In this document: positions 11,901 through 21,200 of the stretch, in pieces | Layout of the letters: every line of letters starts with the position of its first letter | Numbering within the stretch: position 1 is the first letter of the stretch | From: Tubulanus polymorphus | Taxonomy: Eukaryota > Animalia > Nemertea | Length of the DNA stretch: 64,000 bases | NCBI RefSeq assembly: GCF_964204645.1 | Contig: NC_134026.1 | Span: forward strand, 20,370,150 to 20,434,149 | Direction: 5' to 3' | Made by a program: the position numbers and the translations under genes | The notes under the pieces: generated by a model | What the model was told of the DNA's origin: nothing | The model's database searches: none | The model's input: the letters and a program-made list of their open reading frames with translations, nothing else

Positions 11901-13887
11901 CTTTTAGAGAAAATTGGACGTTTTTTTTCGTTTTGGCGTTCTGGCGTTCTGGCGCCCTCATTTACATACCAGGAATTTTACGCTATGGCCCTTATCAGCC
12001 ACCATAGTCTCTTGATCACGTCAACCAGTTAACGAATAAAAAACCCACAGTATCTATAGAAACAGTTTATTTCCTTAAAGTTTCGAGGTTAAAACTAAAC
12101 CTCATCTTCAGAGGTGCAAAAATACAATAATCGTTTATTTATTCTATTCTTTTGTACCTCTGAAGATGAGGTTTAGTTTTAATCTAGAAACTGTAAGGAA
12201 ATGAACTGTTTCTACAGATACTGTGGGTTTTTATTCGTTAACTCATCATTGAGATTCATATCAGTACGCAGTCACGTCAACCAGTGGTGTAAGATGATAC
12301 CCTAGTGAACTTAACTTACCGCTGGGAAGGCGACGTTGTCTGAAATGCGTTTAACGAAAATTGGTTTCAATTCAAGATTGACGTCTTTCGATGTCGGGAA
12401 TTGATCGGACGACAAGTGATCAGGTAATGACGATCCCACCTGTAAAATATGATAGATGATGGTGTATTGAAACCGTGTTTAACTAAAACTCCATTTGAAT
12501 TTGACAGATTTCTGATATTCTCAATCTTCGGCCGATATGACATATTCTATTGGCGTTATAGATTGACGCGAAAATTATGCGAATTATAAATCAGAACATT
12601 GATCAAATAGATCAATATTCGTATCTCTGGATTTAGCACTTTTTTGCAGTCTAATCACTGCATTCCGCTAGATGGCACACTGGTACTACGACACTTGATT
12701 TTAAGAAACCGATTACGGATGCAATTTGCATACTGATATGCGTGACGTCACGGATGAATATGCCGAATTAACAACTGTGGCTGATTTAGGGCGAGAAACC
12801 CGCTGAAAAATACTTTTTAGACCGAGTATGCCATCCTTCGATTGATGCTTAGTCTGGTTTACCCATTTACTGTATTTCTTTTCTAGCACAAATACTTGTC
12901 TTGTGAATGAAGCCCTGGGACTTAATTCTGATTGACGTGAGGCTTACGTACTTTTCTCTTGTAATTCTGGTATTCTATATCAACTTTAAGTTTGAGTTGG
13001 TAGCCGCTGTTGATGAGGTGCTCCAGTGCAGCAGACCTACACACGGCTCTCGGTTTAGGTCTGTTTTTCTTGTTTTTTCCGAGGCGTCGTGGTTTGTTTT
13101 TGTTGGCGTTTTTCTTCTTGCCAGCATTTGTGACACGAGTGGAAACGCCCGCGCGCCTCATTCGAACGTTCATCGAGGATGATAGCCCGCCGTCGTTGAT
13201 ATTATTCATTGCCGCAGCGCTGGTCGTGCTCAAACCAGATGTCGCCGCGGCAGACGAAGTCACTGGTACGGCTAGGGCTGCTTGGTTGACGTAATAGATA
13301 GTCACCAGCAGCCAGATAATAGAATGTAGTATGGATGTGGCTGCAAAACAATTAATCAAAATACAGCAACGTAAAAACTACACGGTCATATCAATGCACA
13401 CGATTGACTGGGCTCTTATCTCGAAAATTGACGTTTTTATCAGTAGATACGTATAAGCTGAGCAAATAGTACAAAACATTTTTAAACATTAGTGGAAACA
13501 ACCAGAACTCCCAGTCAATAAGTATATATGAGCTGAGATGTTACTATGAAAGTCAAAATTATGATCGAAATGAAATCTAGAAATGACAAAATACAGATAA
13601 ATAGTAGCGCCCAAAATCAGTCAACATTGCCTAAAGTGATACTTAAAAGACATTTAGATGCACGTTGCTAGCTATGTTAAGTCCGAAACAATTTAATGAC
13701 ATGCATGGCGCCGATTCGTGCAGCAAAATCGAGATATTCTTTCACGACCAGGAAACGCTTCTTGGTGCCTGGATCGGTCATCTGTTTCCTGGGATATTTT
13801 GTACGATCGATATGTGTATACCATGTTTATCGTGCGCTGATACGAAAATGTATATGTATTGTAGTGCTTACCTGGTTGTTGTAACAT
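8949..13887 (-). CDS. Secreted 313-aa protein, predicted long-chain four-helix-bundle (class I, IL-6/G-CSF/GH-like) cytokine
   Basis: Exons 13887-13872 (MLQQP, phase 1), 13340-12952, 12439-12320, 9807-9577 and 9134-8949; all GT-AG, 942 nt, open throughout. Signal peptide (SILHSIIWLLVTIYYVNQAALA), Ser/Thr/Ala-rich pro-segment, furin site RMRR, K/R-rich stretch, then four predicted amphipathic helices with 4 Cys. The gene model is well supported; the cytokine call is an inference. Confidence 0.75.
9312..9463. mobile_element. Penelope-like inverted-repeat remnant with hammerhead-like core (intron 4 of cytokine-like gene)
   Basis: Inverted arms at about 9312-9360 and 9417-9463. Minus strand reads tct-CTGATGA-tggagttt-agaa-aaacttc-GAAAC-tctc-aga; the opposite arm retains gaaagtGTCaga. 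Confidence 0.55.
9495..9559. repeat. (TTAAG)n pentanucleotide microsatellite, about 13 copies
   Basis: Perfect ttaag array directly visible, ending about 17 bp from the exon 4 donor at 9576. Confidence 0.95.
9868..12006. mobile_element. Non-autonomous foldback DNA transposon, probable IS3EU superfamily, composite of two copies
   Basis: Termini TATGGTGGCTGATAAGGGCCATAGCG... / ...CGCTATGGCCCTTATCAGCCACCATA, flanked by the 6-bp direct repeat gtctct (9862-9867 and 12007-12012). A second left end starts at 10645. The arms are higher-order arrays of gttttggcgcccccgccaaaac and ttttggcgcgccaaaa units. An AT-rich spacer occurs twice (about 10440-10565 and 11410-11535). Confidence 0.85.
12027..12243. 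mobile_element. Penelope-like inverted repeat carrying two opposed minimal hammerhead ribozyme motifs
   Basis: About 95-bp near-perfect inverted arms. Minus strand (~12114-12073): cct-CTGAAGA-t-GAGGTT-tagtttt-AACCTC-GAAAC-ttta-agg. Plus strand (12157-12198): cct-CTGAAGA...GAAAC-t-GTA-agg. A 14-bp direct repeat tcacgtcaaccagt lies at 12016-12029 and 12272-12285 (probable TSD). Confidence 0.65.
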
Positions 13888-13984
13888 ATTTGCAGCAGCG
13901 TGGAAGCTCGCGGTCCAGATTTGCGATCAAGTGTGCATACCGGACGATTTTTGCCATTTTATCCATCCTGACCAAATGACGACA

Positions 13985-14075
13985 CGGAAAATTTCGACGT
14001 CAGATCTGGGATTTTCCGTCGATTTGTTTATTATTGACCATTCCCGTATCTGGGGTTTCTTGATCTTAGGCAATT
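13985..14075 (-). promoter_or_regulatory. Candidate inducible promoter module of the cytokine-like gene (NF-kB + CRE-like + C/EBP-like)
   Basis: GGGATTTTCC at 14008-14017, cgacgtca at 13995-14002 and ttaggcaat at 14066-14074, all 110-190 bp upstream of the ATG at 13887. The transcription start is unknown. Confidence 0.4.
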
Positions 14076-17000
14076 AGCGCGCGTTTGGGGCACTATCGAA
14101 TCTGAAATCGCGGACGAGGGGTTTTTAACAGGTAAAAGCTGTAAGAAAATGCATGCGGAAGTTACATGAATGGTGTTTTTGTGTATGAAATTATGACAAT
14201 CATCTATGACAATGGCGATGCGGAAGTGATACGCGTCGTATAGTTAGTACTAATTAATCTAATTTCCACGAGCAAATCCAATTAAATGCGACGACCGGAA
14301 AATCAGTTCTGTTTAAGCTATAATAATCAGAATTTCCCATTCTAAAGTGAACTTTGTATGGCGCGATGAAAGGCCCAATTCGATATGACCGAGTCGTTTA
14401 GATGGTATATCCACAAAATCGATTATTTCCGTTAATCGAAAAAAAAGAAACATCATAACTAATCGATGACAGTAAAACGTGATTCATAAAACGGAGTTCG
14501 TTCGTTCTCCAGTTTTTCTCTTTTAACGTTAAGGAACTTTGGCAATGTAGAAATACAACGACGGATGAAATAGTGTTTCTCGTACGTAAGTAGGAGGAGT
14601 AAGTAAATATCGAATGTTATTTCAATTGATACATCGTGTCATCTCACTTGTCAGTAATTTACATTTTCGAAGTAAGTAACGTATATTTTTCACCATGAAT
14701 GTGTACAAAATCAATAATAGTAAATTCAATCAGAAGCAATCGGGTACATATTCAGATGACAGCAGCCTGAGCAGAGCCACCACATGCTGTGTATCCAATA
14801 GGATATACAGACTCCCTGACAAAACACGACACGAAAAAAAAGACGAAAAGAATTGGAAAGGGATGCATTGATGAAAAATTTAGATAAAGTAGCGGAATGA
14901 GCTAACAGTTGCATCAGATGTCATTAGAGCCGATTAGCTCATATGGGCGCACACCTGGTGCCCACGACGTGTGGACGGTTTTGTTCACCATAGGTCTATT
15001 TCCTCGTTGTTCGTATCGGAAAAGATGAAAAAAAGAATATCTATCGAAGTGACTCGGTGATCAAAATTAAAAAAGAAAGAAAAACATCATCCGTGATCGC
15101 ATTCAAATCCCAATCTTTACGCCAGTTTTTTAGGACCTTATTTGCGGCATATGAAGAAATCATTCGAATATTCAATGTTAATGAGTCGTAAACAAGTTTG
15201 CCCCGAGGTGAAATGTGCCATTAGTTTTTCTGTTTACGCCTGTGAAATTCAGTACGTCGTTCACCGACAGCGCGTAACTATAATGCAATACGAAGAGTTT
15301 GATATCTTAATAGTTTAAGACGTGATAATGGCTAATGGATTTATTGAATGGGTTAAGTGTTGTCTTTTGAATATGTATGTATTATTCGTCAAAACGAAAT
15401 GCCAATTAAAGAAGACAATGTTGATAGTAAATAGACCAGAAAGAAGCTTTCGTTTTATACGAATGAAATTTCGAATCGAGTTTAAAAACGGCCGTTTCTT
15501 TTCTTAATCTACGCGTTGACCACATTGTAAGACGCACGCCATTCGATTCTAATCCTGTCAAGAATGACGGTGTTGTACTAATCGCGTCGTTAATCTCGGA
15601 GCGATTGTAGCGCCCCCCGTGGAATATATACCGGTGGGAAAAATCGTTCGAACGGAACGGTTACGGCGAAAACAATAACGACACTAAAACACGTTTCATG
15701 TCCCCGAAAAGTATTCTGCATTAACATATTATTATGTATTTAATATGTCCACTGTGTACGCTTTAAATCTATGATCAACGTTCTGTGTTTACCGGTAAAG
15801 CTTGCGTCGTCGTTATCATAGTTGGATTTATTCGGGGAGTTAGGAATTCGGCGGAGAAAACAACATGAACAAAACCCGAACTCTCCCGATTCAAACTGCG
15901 GGATGCTGCGAAAAAAGATACAACAGCGTTTTATCACGTAAACAGTAGCGTTGAATTATCTCTACGCACACACGTCTGGTGTGGTGGCTGTATCGGAATA
16001 TGGTGCTTCTACCCGAGCTGAACAAACAGCCTGGACTTGTTGCCATGGCGCAGGTGGAACAGGACGAAAGGTATGAGCTCGTCTATCATCATTCATTCGG
16101 TGAAAAATACGATTGCATTCGAGCGACTTTTTTCAGACGATGAAGCAGGCTACACGCCCGTAGCCAGAATTTTGAAAAATTTGTGCTTTTTTGAGACGAA
16201 CGCAACTTTGTTGTTTGATCTATGAATAGGGATTGAGCCTGTTGTTTATTTGTTTGGTAGATTTCTTTTGATTTTTGTTTTGATCTAGTGTACCTTACAA
16301 ACCCACCACACCTACCGGGTGCGAAGCAGGGGTTTGATTTTGAAATCGAAAATTGAAGTACAGATATAGTTGTGTGATCGGCGGTCGAGTTTACAGATTT
16401 CCTGTTTAAATCGAAGTAAATAATTTTAAATTCGGTTCTGGTTCATTCAAACAATCTTCCAACCTGTCTGTACCGGTAAGCCACTGATAGGGTTTATCTT
16501 GTTAATGAGGCACATTTTATCACACGATACGTGTTATCGATATTGAAAGGCTTCATTGAATTATATTCGAAATGATACTATCATCATCATTTACTTCTAT
16601 TGAATCCTAAATCCCAGCCCTGACAACCGCCTCGATATATGCACGGACGTATAAACCACATGTAGGATGCTAGATAATTTTTTCATTGTAGAATAGAATG
16701 AAATACGTAATATGATGTAATGTCTTGTCTGATGTGCTAAAACGGAATGACTATTCCCATTCATAGGACGATTTTTCTGTAGGGATATAAACTTTTGTTT
16801 TGATATCAATATATGACTATAAAACGTGACCGACGGGCCATTAAGCTTGTCATTTCGGTTTCACGGGGGAATTAGAATAATTATTGTAATGGTAAATTGG
16901 GTACCTATAATACAGCTCACGGGACCGCAAGCTAATCAAATACCCCATATACCCGTGTAATGGCGACGCTCTGACAAATTAAGGATATGTTTTAGAATAT

Positions 17001-17359
17001 TTTATTTTTGAACGTGTGGCCTGTCAGAATGATCTGTGTACAGTGAATACCGATGACCGTTGCTTGAAAGGAGTTCATTGTGCACCGAAGTCATAAAATG
17101 AACCAATTTTACATGATTTGTTTTAATAAAACGTAGGCTAGCTCGAATATTAATCCGCCTATAAACATTTAGAAAACGAATTAAGCTGATGAGAAAAAAT
17201 AAGACAATAAAGTGATGTTGCACGCATGTCCCCATCAATACAGAGAATTGTATATTCTGACGTGAGAACAATAATACGGGTTATGTTCACCCGGGAGAAA
17301 TAGTAAAAATGTGCTTTTTTAATTTGGGAATACACCGACATATGTACGATAGAATCTGC

Positions 17360-17593
17360 AGTTTAAAACCCACTATATACAGAATTTAAAAGAATAAAAA
17401 TGAATATTGTTTATCAAGAATGGAAAGCAAAATGCACGACGTTTCGAACTCTCAATAGAGATCATCGTCAGTAGCTGTCTCACACATAACGATGATCTCA
17501 AGTGAGAGTTTGAAACGTCGCGTATTTTGATTTTGATTCTTGTTAAATAAAATTTGTTTTTAATCTGTTAAATTCTATGGCGGGTTTTAAACT
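17360..17593. mobile_element. Penelope-like inverted-repeat remnant with hammerhead-like core
   Basis: Inverted arms (agtttaaaaccc... / ...gggttttaaact). Minus strand 17471-17436 reads CTGACGA-t-gatctct-attg-agagttc-GAAAC-gtcgt, with a decayed mirror copy at about 17488-17520. Confidence 0.55.
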
Positions 17594-18248
17594 TATCAAG
17601 CGCGGATCCAGGGTTGTTTCCAGGAGGGGGTTCACAAAAAAGTTAATGTTTAACTGCCAACTAAAATCTGTAATGATAGGGGGCCTATACGGCATATTAT
17701 TTGGCCAATGGTTAAGATGATATTGTACCGATATGCAGTACTGTCCGCATTTGTCTTGAGTACATTACTTCAAGAAAACGATTTAAAAATTTTTGGTAGC
17801 TGAGCACCCTGAAACCCCCCTCTTACATCTGTTCTCCACGTCACAGTGTGGCTATTCTACTATGATAAAAATCTTATTTCATGATAAAATGCCCAAAAAA
17901 ATTTCAGGCAAAGCTCATTTTAGATGTGGAACAATGAATTTTGATTGTGAATAACGGTATATCCGAGAAAACAGCATGCAACTTCATTATCATACATTTA
18001 CGAACATGTAACTTTTCATTCTTGCGTCACAATTGCGCGATCAATCATTGAAAAGATTTTAAACCATCGGCTCCCGCAGCGCGGATATTGTAACTATAAA
18101 TGTACATATCGTTATTACATAATTAAACTTAGGCCCAGCCGGATTTAAATCAGCCTTGGTATTACATTCGTTGTCGCTTTCAAATAAGCTCGTATAGGCC
18201 TACATTTAATTAGATCATTTGCGGTGGATCATGGATAAATGTTTAGAT

Positions 18249-21200
18249 ATGACGGCGAAGCTGGAAGGACCATTTCTACCTAAGCTAAACAATAATTTTA
18301 ATTGCGGATCCGAAAAAAGTTTATGTATAAATCTGGCAGCGTTGAAGGCAAATCTGTCAAGATCACAGTCCTCAAGACCATCACCGAAAAGTGGTCGTCC
18401 GACGCGGGCGATCGCGTCATATGAAAATATAAAAAAATACTTGGAAAATAGCCGATCTTGATGAATTTCTTCTACATTTAACAAGGTAACAAAAGTTGAA
18501 CAAGAAACGGTTTTTATTCGTAAGTTAGCGACGATCTTGATGAATTTCTTCTACCTTTAACAAGGTAACAAAAGTTGAACAAGAAACGGTTTTTATTCGT
18601 AAGTTAGCGATGATCTTGATGAATTTCTTCTACATTTAACAAGGTAACAAAAGTTGAACAAGAAACAGTTTTTATTCGTAAGTTAGCGATGATCTTGATG
18701 AATTTCTTCTACATTTAACAAGGTAACAAACGTTGAACAAGAAACGGTTTTTATTCGTAAGTTAGCGATGATCTTGATGAATTTCTTCTACATTCAACAA
18801 TGTAACAAAAGTTGAACAAGAAACTGTCTTTATTCGTAAGTTAGCGACGATCTTGATGAATTTCCTCTACATTTAACAAGGAAACAAAAGTTGAACAAGA
18901 AACGGTTTTTATTCGTAAGTTAGCGACGATCTTGATGAATTTCTTCTACCTTTAACAAGGTAACAAAAGTTGAACAAAAAACGGTTTTTATTCGTTAGTT
19001 AGCAAACACTATCATGCTTTTAAACGTATCAACCATAGTAAATGTATAAGATGGTGTAAGCAAGACGAATTTAATGAATCCTCTGATAACATTGAGCATA
19101 TGAAACAAATTAAGCCGTAACTATTCTGTTATTGAAGACATGATTATCAACTGTACACGTATTTTGTTCACGTATTGACGCCGTAAAAACCGTCACAACA
19201 TTGATACCCAAGTATGCCAAGGGGTTCTGTGTTAGTCGATGTGCGTCATCAATATTGGCGTTTCAAAATAACGATAACAATTATTGTGAATTTTGGTGCA
19301 ATTGAATGTATTTCATAACTCTTATTCTACTTTTGATGAATTTTAATGATAATCTGAGAGGATGTGCACTACGTCGTCAATAAATCGGGGTTAGACTGGT
19401 TACCGGTGATTTCAATTCAATTATCGATATACTCAATATAAATCAAATCCAAAATAACTTGAACGATCCTTAATGTAATGTAATATTATCGTTTTTCGTA
19501 AATAAAAACCTTTTAGAACTTGCCATTGAGCAATTCTTCATAAATCGTCTTTATGGAAATAGGCACAAGTAGACTGTAACATAGTAAGTATACATCATCA
19601 AAAAGAATTGAGTTTAATGATATCATACGTCTCGTTTCATTTTCCAGTCTTGAAAAAGCTACACGACAAAACGATGGCTCTTACGCTCTCCCCCCGATGA
19701 AACCGAGACACACCGATGACGACGAAGACGACGAATCTGTGACAAAAAATCAGAATGACGCCTACGATCACGACGACAGGAACGCTCGATTCGGTGGTCC
19801 GGGAAAGGGTAACCCTAATCTACGGAAGCCCGGTTCGTGGCCGAGCTCAACTCCTGAAAGATCGGGTATGTGGTAGAATTTTCAGTTTCTACGTCGCGTA
19901 CCGAACGGATGGCGTTTGTTTGAATTATGGACACTTCAGTCTCATTGAAATGGTTATTCTATGTCTAATCCCAAAGGTTTACTGAAATTCTGAACGGAAA
20001 ATTCCTTATTTGGTTTTGATTCGTTTTACAGGAAAGGCAACGTCTCATCGGCCCGGTTCGGCTCCACATCGGCGTCAAGCGGCCAGTCACCATAGGAACC
20101 GGAATAATCTCGTTAACGACGCTAACAAACGAGGTAATAATTCTACAACGACTGTCGTTTAAGATTAAGGCTTCGGGTGGCTTAGAATAGATTTGTTTAC
20201 TTCAATAATACGTCTATTAAATTTTCACAAGCAGCAATTATTTACGCTACACCTAAGAGTATATATACTCACCACGATGAACAAGTTTATGTAAAGTTGA
20301 ATATCTTTATTTACTAGCTGGTTAGGAAAATAGTCTTTTAAGTGCCTAAATGCAACCGGTTTTTCGATTTTCCTGGTTAAATAAACTGGCCCGGTACATA
20401 CGTCAAATAAACGTTTCAATTGGAGGGTTAAGTGGCATTTACAAGGTGAGGAATTGATAAGAAACATTTAGTTCGACAGCGGCCGAAATAAATTGTCGTA
20501 AATCGGGGACAAATTCCGACACATTACTTGGAATCAACAATACTAAATACATATAAAAAGGGCGTAGGATTTTTTAAATCTAAATCTAGCTTTGCAATTC
20601 AAAAAAACATGTATCATATGATTTAAGCCCTTTCTGATCTAAACGAAATAACAGAATAAGTGTTCATAAATCTTCATGGCTGTATACTGCATTTCATTTT
20701 TTACGTTTGTATTTTTCCCTCATTTTGTGTTCTGGCAGCAATTTACCATTAGATTACCTTCTTTCGGTGAAAATCTTTTGGCCTCTGTTTCGAGTTTTCG
20801 TCATTTTTTTCCCACAAAAGGCAGATCAGCTCAGCCCAGGTTATATAACACAGGGAACGAACTACGAACTGAGAAAAAAATATTCTCGTAAAAAGCGCTG
20901 TTTATCCAGTAAATCAATCCTTCGAATTTCCAGATTTTCTCATTCGGGCCGAAATTGATTGAAAATTACTTTGTTTCATACGTTTATATCGGTCTATTTA
21001 GATACGCCTGGATTTACATTCTTGCTCGTATCAACACATCTTTTTCAGCGACAAATTTTAAAGGGAAACAAACAAATAGTTATGGCAGAAAAACGAACAA
21101 TTTCTCGAACGGCAAAATACAGCAATATGAAGTCGCAAGGTAAGATAATAGATCGCATACACTGATCTTTCAAGAGGCATTATTTAGTTGGCTATCAAAA

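Noticed and set aside
9868-12006. CRISPR-like appearance of palindromic repeats with short spacers
   Set aside because: The spacers are only a few bp and themselves repeat, the array has TIRs and a TSD, there are no cas genes, and the context is a eukaryotic intron.
9857-12032. Many long overlapping ORFs (up to 357 aa) on both strands
   Set aside because: Translation artefacts of the stop-poor palindromic repeat array, with no transposase or other domain motifs.
16048-16070. Short ATG-initiated exon candidate (MAQVEQDE, strong gtatga donor) as first coding exon of the plus-strand gene
   Set aside because: It gives stops when joined to the acceptors near 18213 and 18246, and I have no evidence for a direct join to 19648. 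It could be a UTR exon or an alternative start, so it was left out of the model.
18454-19003. Possible CRISPR array
   Set aside because: Head-to-tail 79-bp units with no unique spacers; an ordinary minisatellite.
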